DNA of 64,000 nt from Mobula hypostoma (taxonomy: Eukaryota): positions 225,806,001 through 225,870,000 of the forward strand of contig NC_086097.1 of assembly GCF_963921235.1 (NCBI RefSeq). Reading direction: 5' to 3'. Positions 11,342 to 24,869 of this stretch are shown here, piece after piece. The notes below the pieces were generated by a model that saw only the letters and a list, made by a program, of their open reading frames with translations, ran no database searches and was not told the DNA's origin. Made by a program: the position numbers and the translations under genes. Position 1 is the stretch's first letter; each line of letters begins with the position of its first letter.

Positions 11342-14300
11342 ACATAAGACCATAAGACATAGGAGCAGAATTAGGCCATTCTGCCCATCAAGTCTGCTCC
11401 ACCATTTCATCATGGCTGATCCCAGATCCCATTCAACCCCATACACCTGCCCTCTCACCATATCCCCTGATGCCCCGACCAGTAAGGAATCTACCAACTT
11501 CCAATTTGAATATACCTGGGGACTTGGCCTCCACCAGTGTTTGTGACAGAGCACACCACAGATTCACCACTCTTTAGCTAAAAATATTTCTCCTTATTTT
11601 TGTTCTAAAATGTTGGCCCTCAATTTTGAGGCTATGCCCCCCAGTTCCGGATACCCGCATCGGAGGAAACATTCTCTCCATATCCACTCTATACTCTCAA
11701 AATTCCGTAGGTTTCAATGACATCCCCACGCATTCTTCTAAAATCCAGTGAGTACAGGTCCAAAGCTGCCAGACGCTCCTCATATGTTAACTCTTTCATT
11801 CCCAGAACCATCCACATCAAGCTGCTCTGGACTCTTTCCAATGCCAATAGGTCCTTTCTGAGATAAGGGGCCCAAAACTGTTAACAATACTACAAGAGAT
11901 AAAATAGTACAACCATGGCTGACAAGAGAAGTCAAAGCTATTGTAAAAGCAAAAGGTATGGCATACGACAATGCAAAAATTAGTGGGAAGATAGAGGATT
12001 GGGAAGTTTTTAAAAACCTACAAAGGGCAACTAAAAAAAATCATTAGAAGGGAAAAGATGACATATGAAAGCAAGCTAGCTGATTGTTGGGTGTATTTAA
12101 GGTTTTATAAGGCACTGGTGAGGCCTCGCCTTGTTCTTGTATTTCAGCCCTCTTGAAATGAATGCTAACATGTCATTTGCCTTCTTTACCACCAACTCGA
12201 CCTGCAAGTTAACCTTTAAGGTGTTCTGCACAAGGATTCCCAAGTCCCTTTGCATCTCAGATTCCTGGATTTTCTCCCAGTTTAGAAAATAGTCCAGACA
12301 TTTATTTCTACTACCAAAGTGCATAACCATGCATTTTTCAACATTGTATCCCATCTGACACTTTCTTGCCCATTCTCCTAATCTGTGTAAGACCTTCTGC
12401 ATCCTATCTGTTTCTTCAACACTACCTGTCATTCCACCATTCTTCATATCATCTGCAACTTTGCCAAGACAGCCATCTATTACATCATCTAAATCATTCA
12501 TATACAGCATAAAAAGAAGTGGTCCCGACACTGAACCCTGCGGAACACCACTATCACTGGCAGCCAACCAAAAAAGTATCCTTTTATTCCCACTCGCTGC
12601 CTTCTTCCATTCAGTCAATGCTCTAACCATATTAGTAACCTTCCTGTAATACCATGGGCTCTTAACTTGCAGCCTCATATGTGACACCTTGTCAAAGGCC
12701 TTCTGGAAGTCCAAATATAAAACATCCACTGCACCCCCTTTATCTATCCTATTTGTAATCTCCTCAAAGGAATCCAATAGGTTTGTCAGGCAGGATTTTC
12801 CCTGAAGGAATCTTTGCTGACTTTATACTATCTTATCTTGTGTCACCAAGTACTCCATCACCTCATCCTTAAAAATTGACTCTAATATCTTCACAACCAC
12901 TGAGGTCAGGCTAATTAGTCTATAATTTTCCTTTTTGCTGTCTTTACCCTTTCTTAAAGAGTGGAGTGACATTTGCAATTTTCCAGTCCTCTGGCACCAC
13001 ACCAGAACCCAATGATTTTTGAAAGATCATTTCTAATGCCACCACAATCTCTAACACTACCTCTTTCAGAATCCTAGGGTGCAGTTCATCTGAACCAGGA
13101 GACTTATGTACCTTTAGATCTTTTAGCTTGTTGAGCACCTTCTCTCTTGTAATAGGAACTGCACCCACTTCTCTTTCTTCACAGACTACAACATCTGGCA
13201 CACTGCTAGTGTCTTCCACAGTGAAGACCGATGCAAAATACTCAGTTAGTTCATCAGCCATCCCCTAGTCCCCCGTTATTATTTCTCCTCCCTCATTTTC
13301 TAGTGGTCCTATGTTCACTCTCATTTCTCTTTTATTTTTAACGTACTTCAAAAATCTTGTACTATGCACTTTGATATTATTTGCTAGCTTGCTTTCATAT
13401 TTCATCTTTTCCCTTCTAATGATTTTTAGTTGCTTTCTATAGGTTTTTAAAAACTTCTCAATCCTCTATCTTCTCACTAATTTTTGCTTTGTTGTATGCC
13501 CTTTCTTTTGCTTTTACAATAGCTTTGACTTCCCATGTTAGTCATGGCATGGTTGTACTATTTTACCATTTGAGTATTTCTTCATTCTTAGAATACATAT
13601 GTCCTGCGCCTTCCTCATTTTTCCCAGAAATGCACAGCATTGCTGCTCTGCTAATATCCCTGCCAGCAGCTCCTTCCAATTTACTTTGGGCAACTCCTGT
13701 CTCATACCACTGTATTTACCTTTACTCCACTGAAATACTGAAATACTGCTACATCAGACTTTACTTTCCCCCTATCAAATTTCAAGTTGAACTCATTCAT
13801 ATTGTGATCACCTCTCCTAATGGTTCCTTTACCTTAAGCTCCTTAATTGTCTCCAGTTTACCAGGAACACCCTATCCAGTATAGTTGATCCCCTAGTAGG
13901 CTCAATGACAAACTGCTTTAAAAAGTCATCTCTTAGGCATTCAACAAACTCAATCTGTTGAGATCAATTACCAACCTGATTTTCCCAATCACCTGCATGT
14001 TAAAATCTCCCTTGACTACCACAACATTGCCCTTTTGACTCGCCTTTTCTATTTCATGTTGTAATCCATGGTCCACCTCCTAGCCACTGTTGGGTGGCCT
14101 ACAAGTAACTACCATCAATGTCCTTTTACCCTTGTAGTTTCCTAACTCAACCCACAAGGATTCAACATCTTCTGATCCTATGTCACATATGACTACAGAT
14201 TTGATGCCATTCTTTACCAGTAGAGCCACACCACCCCCTGCGCCTTCTTCCTAACCCTCTGATATAATGTGTGAGCTTGGACATTCAGCTACCAACTACA

Positions 14301-14450
14301 AACATCCTTCAGCCACGATTCAATGATGGCCACAACATCATCCCTGGCAATTTGTAATATTGCAACAACATCATCCACCTTATTTCTTATACTGCACACA
14401 TTTAGATAAAACACCTTGAGTACCATATTTGCTATCCTTCCTGTTTCTGC
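11342..14450 (-). mobile_element. Long decayed CR1 with an internal rearrangement at about 11895-12127
   Basis: CATAAGAC-type tail at 11342. RT ORFs 12097-12777 (YLDFQKAFDKV, GVPQGSV, KVADD) and 12944-13261, followed by endonuclease-region remnants. Confidence 0.88.
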
Positions 14451-14489
14451 ATCCCTAATGGTTTGATACAGAGCCTGAGGGCTACTTCC

Positions 14490-15510
14490 TCAAAGAACTT
14501 TAGCAGATTCGCCAGGCAAGATTTTCCTTGACAGAAACCATGCTGACTTTGACTTATTATATCATTAGTTTCCAAGTACCTGTACCCTGAAACCCCATCC
14601 TTAATAATAGACTCCTACACTTTCCCAACCACTGAGGTTAGGCTAACTGGGTTATAATTTCCTTTCTTTTGGCTTCCTCCCTTCTTAAAAAGTGAAATGA
14701 CATTTGCAATTTTTTAGTCCTCTGTCACCATCCAGAATTAATTGATTCTTAAAATACCATGGACAATGCATCCATTATCTCTTCAGCAACCTCTCTCAGG
14801 ACTCTGGAATGTAGTCCATCTGGTCCTGTTGAGTTATCCACCTTAAGACTCTTCAGTTTGCCTTGCACTTTTTCCTTTGTAAAGCAATGGAACTCATTCT
14901 TGCGCCCTGACACTCCCAGACATCTGGCACTCTGCTGGTGTCAATAGTGAAGACAGATGCAAAGTATCCATTAAGTTCATCTCCCATTTCTTTGTCCCCC
15001 ATTACTACCTCACCAGCATCATTTTCCAGTGGTTCAATATTAAATCTCACCTGCCTTTTATTATATTATTGGTTTGTTTGCCCTCATATTTCATCTTTTC
15101 CCTTCTTTTAGCTCTTTAGTTGCCTTTTGTTGGATTTTAAAAACTTTCCAATCATCCAACTTCCCACTCATTTTTGCTACCTTATATGCCCTTTGCTTGG
15201 CTTTTATGCAGTCCTTAATTTCCCTTGTCAGCTACAGTTGCCTACCGCTGTCATTTAAAATCCTCTTCAGTGAGACATATCTATCCTGCACCTTCAGTCA
15301 TCTCTCCTCCGCCTTGTGAACTATACCCAGAAACTTCATCCATCTCTATTCTGCCATCATCCCTGTCAGTATCCCCCTCCAATCCACCTGGGCAAGCTCC
15401 TCTCTCATGCCTCTGTAATTCCCCTTATTCCATTGTGGTACTCGTACATGTGACTTGTGTTTCTCCCTCTCAAATTGCAGAATAAATTCGATCATATTAT
15501 GATCATTGCA
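14490..15510 (-). mobile_element. Decayed CR1 fragment
   Basis: Fragments PLENDAGEVVMGDKEMGDELNGYFASVFT and DHNMIEFILQFEREK..WNKGNYRGMREELAQVDW. Confidence 0.85.
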
Positions 15511-15596
15511 GAAAAGAGTGCAGAAAAAAAATTTAAAGGATATTGGCAGGAAATGATGACCTGAGTTATATGAAATGGTTGAATAGATTAGAACTT

Positions 15597-16625
15597 CAGT
15601 CAAGAATAGTCAAGTTCATTGTCATATAACTATATACATGTATACCATCAATTGAGACAACATTTCACTGAACCAGAGTATAAATTACAGTAGTACACAT
15701 AACACACGATAACTTAAGACAGTAAGAAAACATAGAAAACATAGAAAATAGGTGTAGGAGTAGGCCATTCAGCCCTTCGAGCCTGCACCGCCATTCAGTA
15801 TGATCATGGCTGATCATCCAACTCAGAACCCTGCACCAGCCTTCCCTCCATACCCTCTGATCCCCGTAGCCACAAGGGCCATATCTAACTCCCTCTTAAA
15901 TATAGCCAATGAACTGGCCTCAACTGTTTCCTGTGGCAGAGAATTCCACAGATTCACCACTCTCTGTGTGAAGAAGTTTTTCCAAGGATAAAATCTACAG
16001 AGAAATCGCACACAAATAAACAAAAGTAAAGGGCATAAATTAAATATTGTGATGTACAAAACAGATTAACCTTGGACACTTTGAATGGGATGTGACTAAG
16101 AGGTCAAAAACCTAATAGCCTTAGGGAAGAAACTGTTTCCCACCCTGACCATTCTTGTTTTTATGCATCGGAGTCTCCTGCCTAATGTTAGAAAGTCAAA
16201 GATGATGCTGGATGGTTGGGTGGAATCCTTGATCATACTAAGGGCCCTGCGTACACAGCGCTCCTGAAAAATGACCCCCATGAATGGTAGGGAAACTCCT
16301 ATGATCCTCACAGCTGTTCTCACAGTCCTTTATAACGACTTCTGGTCCAATGTTCAGCTACTCTCATACCAGCTGGAGATGTAGATTGTCAGGATGTCTC
16401 AATGGTGTTCCTGCAAAATTCAATTAAGATGGTGAGGGAGGAGCCTTGCTTGCCGCAATCTCCTTTTGAAGTACAGGCACTGCCGTGCCTTTTTGTTCAG
16501 GGAGATGATGTTGAGGGAGCAGGTGAGGTCATCCATGGGGTGAACTCCCAGGAACTTGGTGCACTAACTCTTCCTACAGAGGAGCAGTATACTCACAAAG
16601 GGGTTCATCTGCACTTTTCTGAAGA
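15597..16625 (-). mobile_element. Rex1/Babar-type 3' fragment interrupted by a CR1 tail
   Basis: ORF 16096-16323 RALSMIKDSTQPS..GRRLRCIKTR..NSFFPKAIRFL. Confidence 0.75.
15727..15982 (-). mobile_element. Young CR1 3' end, same subfamily as 8498-10556
   Basis: KNFFTQRVVNLWNSLPQETVEASSLAIFKRELDMALVA and a CATAGAAAA tail, near-identical to 10310-10556. Confidence 0.9.
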
Positions 16626-16647
16626 ACCTGCCTGCACTGTAAAACCT

Positions 16648-17620
16648 AGGTAGAGGTATACAAAACTATGAGCGGTATAGATAGGGTAAACGCAAGGAGG
16701 CTTTTTCCACTGAGGTTGGGTGACTTCAACCAGAGTTCATTGTTTAAGCATGAAAAGTGAAATGTTTAAGGAGAACATGACAGGGATCTTCTTCACTCAG
16801 GTGATGGTAAGAGTGTGGAATGAGCTGCGAGATCAAGTAGTAGATGTGGGGTCAATTTCAAAATGTAAGGGCAATTTGGAATGGTACATGCATGGGAGGG
16901 GTACCGAGGGCTATTTTCTGGGTGCAGTCAATGGAACTAGACAGGCAAATAGTTTGGCATAGACTATATGTGCCAAGTGCCTGTTTCTGTGCTGTAGTGT
17001 TCTATGACTTTATGACATGACTTCATAGAATATGCCTAAGTCAGCATGATTTCCTTAAGGGGAAATCTTGCCTGACATCTGTTGTAATTTTTTGAGGAAA
17101 TAATAGGCAGGATAGACAAGGGAGAGTCAGTTGATGTCATTTGCTTGAATTTTCAGAACCTGTTGATAAGATATAACACATGAGGCTGCTAAACAAGTTA
17201 AAAGGTGTGTTGATGGCCCTTGCCCTGTACTCACAGGAGTTCAGAAGAATGAGGGGAATCTCATTAAAACCTATAGAATATTGAAAAGCCTAGAAAGAGT
17301 AGACACAGAGAGGATGATTCTAATAGTGGTGGAGTCTAGGACCAGGAGGCACACCTTAAAACACAAGCACACCCCACAGATGAGGAGGAATTTCTTTAGC
17401 CAGAGTGTGATGAATCTGTGTTCATTGTCACAGAGAGCTATGAAGGCCAAGTCTTTGGGCATCTTTAAAGCAGTGGTTGATAGGTTCTTGATTAGTAAGC
17501 ATGTCAAAGGTTGCAGGGAACAGGCAGGAAACTGGGTTGAGGTGTTGAATAAATCATCTATGATTGAATGGCAGAACAGTGTTGATGGGTCAAGTGGCCT
17601 AATTCTGTCTTATGGTCTAT
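16648..17620 (+). mobile_element. Two or more degraded CR1 fragments
   Basis: FFTQVMVRVWNEL and RRNFFSQSVMNL C-terminal motifs, plus a QHDFLKGKSCLT-like RT piece near 17040. Confidence 0.75.
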
Positions 17621-19617
17621 ACCACTTGGAAATGTTATTCTCCTAAACTGAGTAAAATGTTGTGAATCCCTTAAACAATGCACAAGAATCATTGAACTAA
17701 ACCTTTCACTAATTGCTGAGTTTTCAGGCCAGACACAATTTTCCTTCGCAATACTATCTTCAAGCTGATTAGCCAGGCTCAAAATAAAAAGCACACAGCT
17801 TTTGCCCTCAGATGACCTTGACACCAAGTAAGGTCTAATTTCTTGGCTTACTGGTTGTCAAAGCAACCAATGAGATTGAATGGTTGCAACTGTCTTTAGC
17901 ATTTGTGTTTAAGAACTCCTGGATATATTACATATGTATTTTTAAAAATGAAATTATTATAATTTTAAAGTGAAGGTACTAAAAATGCTAAAATGTAAAT
18001 ACATTTATATTAAATTAATAAAATCAATGAAAAATCAATTTACCATTCCCATAGAAGCTAGAACAGGAAAATGTGCAGACTTTTTTCTCTGTTGAATCCA
18101 CTGATACAGGATAGTTGACTAAGGACCAATACTCATCTGATATTGAAATGTTTGGATTTTCCATAGAAGATCAAATTCTATAAAATACTGGATGAATTAA
18201 ATTGGTTATATCAGCTACTGTACATATTATTGATATTTATTATTGTCATTTAAATTGTCATCAACAAGTGCTGAAGAATATTTCAGAATAACTGGACCAT
18301 GTTTTTATATTTAATACTTTGATTTTACCTATTTGTTAAAACAAGATTCAATAATAGTACATTTCCAATTAAATTTGATGAAGGTAATGCAGATGACCAT
18401 AACTTACCAATATTTTACATCAATTTGCAATTATATTGTGAGCAATTTTAATCTAATCATATTGATTTTAATAGAATTTAAAATAGGAGGAATATAAAAC
18501 ATGAACATCTGAACCAATCAAATTCTCATTTAAGAGACCTGATCTGAAATTAACTTCCCTGAATTTAATTTAAAGTCTTTTAGCAGGGTCTACTTCAAGG
18601 CTACCTCTAAACATTCCTTTTGAAGTCACGGGTTTGGGTTTAGCTCAGGTAATGCAGATGACCAATCATTTGTGATCTTGGAATGATTGAATTACACTGT
18701 CGGGCTAAAAGAGATCCAACCTCGCAAGTTTTCAATAGGAAAAAGGGACACCCTTTTAAATTTATGGTACTATTTTCTTGAAGAAGAAATATAGTCCATT
18801 ATGAAATCAACAGGAGGCCAGGCAGCATCTTTAGAGAAAGAAAAGGTGGGCTAATATTTCAGGTAGGTGGTCTATTGTCAGGAAACAGTCTGCATCTAAC
18901 ATAGTGCTTTCTATTACATCCAAAATCACCAAAGAACAAGCTATACTAAAGAGCCTTTCTTTCAATTTGAAGGCAGCTTGATTTTTGCATTATAAAACTA
19001 TGTTGCAAGGTAACAAATACCTTATGATTGTGGTTGGCTCTCTCACATTTAGGCTTGTTCACTTTAACAGAACCAAATATGAGGAGTGCCTCCCGCAATG
19101 ACATGCTCACCCAAGTTTAGGGCTGGTGACCAACGATGAACTTCTCTGCACAAATTATGACAACATGGAAGGAGGACACGCAGCCCTCATGTGCAGGCTG
19201 GTTCTCAGTATAACAATTCAAGCAGTCCATTCTCTGCTCTTTCCTATAGTTTTGCACAATATTTCCCAAGCGCCTGCCCAATCCTGATTGACTCCATTTT
19301 TTGCTACCTTTACAGAGAGTGAACTCCAGATTAAAACCACGCTTTGTGAAAAAGAAATCCTCCTCATTACATTCACCATTCCTTCTCTCCACACCATACA
19401 ACCCAACCCCCTCCCCACCCTCAGGCACCTCTACTTTATCTTCTTAGTAGCCAAAATGTCATTTGTTTGTAATAAGGCTCAATTTAAAATCAACTGAATG
19501 TTAATTTTAACATTTAAATGTTAACATAACATTGAGGATCGAATCTCAAGGCAACCAAATCTAAACAACTATAATGCAAGTGATCTGTCTTGAAAGAAGC
19601 ATTAAGAAACAGAAAAA

Positions 19618-20295
19618 CTTATTTATTATTTTATTTATTCATTTAGAGATATAGCATAGTCCAATTAGCCGTACCTCCCAGCAAACCGCCTATTTAACCC
19701 GAGCCTAATAGAATTATGTCATTGAGTCATAAAAAATGCAGTACAGAAACAGCCCTTCAGTCCATCTAGACTGTGCTGAACCATTTAAGCTGTCTACCAC
19801 CATTGACCTACACCCAGACCATAGTCCTCCGTACCCCAACCATCCATGTACCTATCCAAATTTCTCTTAAATTTTGAAACTGAGCTTGCATACACCACTT
19901 AAGCTGGCAGCTTGTTCCATACCCTCACAACCCTCTGAGTGAAGAAGCTTCCCCTTATGTTGCCCTTAAACTTTCATCTTTCACCCTTAACCCTCAACCT
20001 CCATTTGTAGTCCCACCCAACCACAATGGAAAAAGCCTGCTTACATTTAATCTCTTTATACCCCTCATTATTTTGTGAATCTCTATCAAATCTCCCCTTA
20101 GTCTTCTATGACCCAAGGAATAAAGTCCTAACCTATTCAATCTTTCCTTATAACTCAGGTCCTCCAGTCCCAGCAACATCCTTGTAAATTTTCTTTGTAC
20201 CTCTCACGGGGAGACCATGCACACTCCTTATAAACTCTAAACTCCAATGCCACAAGCTGTAATAGCATTGTGCTAACTGCTAGACCACTGTGGCA
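19618..20295 (-). mobile_element. HE1/V-SINE-like SINE split by a CR1 3' fragment (about 19712-20200)
   Basis: SINE 5' remnant at 20200-20295 and (TTTA)n tail at 19618. The nested CR1 reads LSYKERLNRLGLYSLGHRRLRGDLIE. Confidence 0.6.
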
Positions 20296-23200
20296 CTCCA
20301 CTTTAACTTAACTGGCCAAATGCAACTCAACTGCATGGTTCATTTCAGCATCAAAATATACTATGCAATTTGTTTTAATACATCTTTATTTAGTAAATTG
20401 GAAATACTTCATACCATATACATTTTGATTGTAATTTTAAGCTCAGAAATAGAGCATACAATGTTTCTTCATATGCTTCCAATAATTATAAAATAGTTTG
20501 ATAAAGATTAGTAATACATAGAGTAAAAATGCTGTTCAAAGACACCTATTATTTAAGATTTCACTGCCCTCTGAACTGAGTGATATAATTTTCCCCACAG
20601 AATTACCTGTGAGCTGCTTAAATGAATACCAATTCATAAATTTTACATCCATCATGTGTACATCACCAGCAGAATATTTGTGATGCATAAACATACTGAA
20701 CAGAACATATTCAGCACCAAGGGTCCACAGGCAATCTAATGGTAAAGGTTAGCATAGTGTTTAGTTGTTGATTCCAAAACCGGCCATGCCAGTCACTTAA
20801 TGAACCCTCAAGAGATACCCTCCCATGCGGAGCAGGTTGTGTCTGCGCTCGAGGAGGTTTAAATTAGTTATATCTTAGAATAACCTCTGATGAAAAGCCC
20901 ACTTCGAACTGTGTTCCTTGTCAGTGGCTCTTCAAGGAAATAAACCAATTAGTTGTTTCTGTACTTTACCATTTCAATTTTGTATTAAAGATACAAAAGG
21001 TCATGAGATTTTTCTCTTTTTTTGGTGTCAGCATTTGGAATTCATTTTGCTTGCAAATGAGTGTGAGTTCGGAGAAGTAGCTATGCTGTCAGCATTTATT
21101 GAGCATGTTTGTTAACCATTTTTGGCATTTTTTTTTATTTTCTGATTCAGATGTAGCTTTGAAGGTGTTTGTAGTAGGGGTTAAGGGTTAATAATTTTCC
21201 TTTGCCCATTGTTACCAAGATTCTGAAGAAATATCTATACATCTACAATAAAAAAATAATGAGTACATTTATTTTCAGCTGCCTTATCTCATCCAGAATT
21301 CTTTTAAGTAACGGCTGCAGCAGATTTCATTTTCAGGCCTGCCTTTTCTGATCTTCCTCACACCCTGCACCCTGGGTTTTCACTTAATTTACATTTTGTA
21401 ACATCTATATGCAACAGTAATTATACCCCAAACCGGAGCCTACTCATGCAACTATAGCTTCTGCTTCTTCATTACGGCAGCTGTATTCACATGCATCCTA
21501 ATCTTGACAGGTAGCATAATTAGAAATTTTTCTTTGTCTTATTAAATGTGACTTTTCTCAGTAGAATTCACTCTGATGAACACAAAGAAGAGAAAATATC
21601 CTTCAAATCTAGCAATGAAAATCAGGAGGGAATTTTATTTTTAGCTGCTTTTGTTGTACCAGTCAATGTTATTATCGAGGAGGATATTGTAATGCTGAAA
21701 ATGTGCTGTTGGGATTTAAATCACGTATTAGCCTTCGAAAGCAAAAAGTGCTGTAGGGCCCAAGCAATATATTTTCTCATTAATCTGATTGAAAGATTAT
21801 CCTTCCTATAGCTATGGAAAGTCTAATACCCATATATCCTTCTCTCTGGTTGTAAAATTTAGCTTTGTGCTAAAGCCATTGTCTCTCGTGACCTAAGGTC
21901 CTCTCCATACTGTCTCTTCTTCATTTCTAGCTAAGCCTATCTGTATTATTAAAATCAAATCAGGCTGTGTCTCCATTTTACACACACATTTTGATTATTT
22001 TATAAGCCATTGTGGAGGAAAAATGACAGCTTCAGCAAGTCATAAATGCTTTCTGGTAATACCATCATTAAGTGGATGTCAGTGGTGGCGGAGGGGGGGA
22101 TGTGGGTGGAGTAGGCGATGAAAAACATTCTCTATTGTTGCTTTTATTAGAATCAAAGAGAATCAGACTGCCCAAATCTTATCAAGAATTTAATATTTAC
22201 TTCTAAATAAATAGTCACTGGGCTTCGTAAACAACTGGCAAAATTTGATCTAATGACAATGCGAATTTTGGTTTTAATACAAATATTTTAAACAGAAAAG
22301 GCAGGCATACAAACTTCCCTCCATTAGTGGGTCTAGTAAGAAATTCGCCAGCATTTTAGTCTGTGATTACACTTTATAATATTCACTTCTGCGCATTTAT
22401 AGGAAGTTGAATTGCAGCTAACAAATAACACGGATTTGGAAACCAGCAAAGAACAATGGGACGGAATGGGTTAACAGTACAGTATTGGTAATGTGCACCT
22501 CCCTGCAGGTTTTTTACACTCTCCTGACTTCAGTATTAGGCAAGTCATTTTGATCAGTGGCTTTAGCCAGTAATTGAAGGCACTCCTGATGATTTCACAC
22601 AATCAGAGCAATACATTATTTGTGATGGAAGTTCGCTAAAGAGAAGCTGGTCTTTAAAGCAGCCTTGCTAATGGTCAATTACCTATCCAAAAGGTCCGTA
22701 ATTTTTTACCCACTTTTCCACATCATAGATTTGTGGCTATTTTCATATAACCTTACCTATCACTAGCATCATATAACAGTAGCTCATTGCATAAAGCTTT
22801 TGATGAACCTGCAGAAAACCACTTTAACAGGGTGATTTCTAATCCAAGCTCTTTGACTTTTAACTACATAGCTTGCTTCAGCTATAGATGCATGTAGATA
22901 AAATGCATCTAAGGTTACGTTGTATAAGATTTCCCACAGCTAACCACAATTGTACCATCATCCTTTGTTACGAACATGCGTTGGCCAAGACTAAATCAAC
23001 CGCAATTTTCCAAAAGAAGTAAAATAATATAAAATAAGTTTCACCCTATAGTTGCGTTCCCACATGAAACAAATGACTAGGTAATATGCATCTATATTTT
23101 AATCATTACATTTGCAAATAAGACTGGGAGGGTAGCAAAGTAATTCATTAATTGATTTTGTAATAAACACTTCAGTTTAGTTTAGCTTAATACTGTTTCC

Positions 23201-24869
23201 TCTGGAAAAAGTTGTCTGTATTTTATTTTCTGTTAGTTCTTAAACTTGTATTGATTTCATTCCAAATAATGGAATAGCTTGTATCTTAAAATAGGAATTA
23301 ATAAAGTGCATGTGATTTAGATACACTGTGGGTAGCTTTGTGAACATTGTACAACACTGTTATATATTGAATTTTAAAAATTGATGAAAAAGACATTAGA
23401 TTATCTTTTAAATTAAAAAGCACAAATATTCTAAACAATCAATGTGTGTCATATTGCATTTTTTCTCAAAAGCTTATTACAGGAAATCTGTAAATTATTA
23501 CCAAATGCTTATCCACAGAGGACTGCACTGAGAACCAAAGATAAGGTGTATTCTCAGTATATTGTCTTTATACTGGATGCATTGCATTATCTCTTTATTA
23601 CTTGGTTGCATCAAAAACTCATTGTACTGACTCTGTTACCTGACATGAAAGTGTCAGAGAAGCGTTGATAGAAAAATGATGAATTACACGTCAGTGGGAA
23701 AGGGTTTTAATACGGAAACATTTCTGGAAACATCACTGTGTTTCTTTCCTTCCCTCCAACCTAATAAAATGGATAACTCAGCTAAAAATCTAATGCAGCC
23801 TATCCCTTTTTCATTGATCTATTAAATGCAGAAACTAATCTGTTATTGTAAATCCCCAAAATACAATTCATACTGAATAAGGTGCAATGGAAATGCATAC
23901 AGGAAGCTATTAACTGCAGAACTGCTACGTGAAATCAAAAGATGATTGCTATTACGGCAAGCTGGCAATATTGGTTCCTCTGTGCAGACATACAACAGTC
24001 CCTGAAGCCAGGTTTGAAAACTCATAAAGCATAAGTTTAACACACAACGTCACCAATCGAGAGGCTTGCAACAATCTGACTTGGCAATAGTAAAATAGAC
24101 ACATGCAAATCCCAACAGCTACTTTAGGATTTATTTTGTATTTGATGGCTTATGTTATGGAACAGATTTATTAATTTGTGTATCTGACCTGTAAACAGCT
24201 CAGTTAAATATGAGTTGGAGGACTATACTGATAACAAGACTTTTTATCTAAAATTCTAATTTCCTTAAAATCTACCATCCATTTCTTCATTAATAGTGTG
24301 AGACTCAGTAATGATCGTCTAACCCTTTAATCCGAATAACTTCCATTGGTCAATCAACTGAGCAGCCGTTGAATGAGCAGTAGATGGCTAAACGGCATTT
24401 CTTTAAGTTTCCAGTGTTACTATGAATTGAATTTTCAGCACCAAAGGACTATCAGGTTGTATGGATATCTAGTGGTGTAATGGGGCAGGGTGGTAAGAAG
24501 GCAGTAATCACAATAGAAATTATTCAAATAGAATTTCCTAATTGAGGGTTGCTGCTCTTACAGATTTATGTTGAAATCCCTCTACAATGTGGCACACAAC
24601 CATTCAGCAATATTAGTGATCCTTTGCCTTCACTGTCCCACTAACTTTGACTGTTTGTAGAGGTTCTTGCTTTGAGGAGCTGTAACCTTTTCTTTGCTCC
24701 TGATTCCACATGCACGGACTCTGGATACTGATAGCAGTGGAACATAAGGAACATAATCATATTGCGTGTCACAGTAAGAAAACGTGCGAACAATTAGGGT
24801 TAAGACTGACCTTCTGAGAATGGTCATTTCAGCAAGATGAACTGCATGTTGTACTTGCTCCAAAAATGT

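Noticed and set aside
20885..20915. CTGATGA..CGAAC as a hammerhead
   Set aside because: There is no GAAA box and no helix I or NUH triplet.
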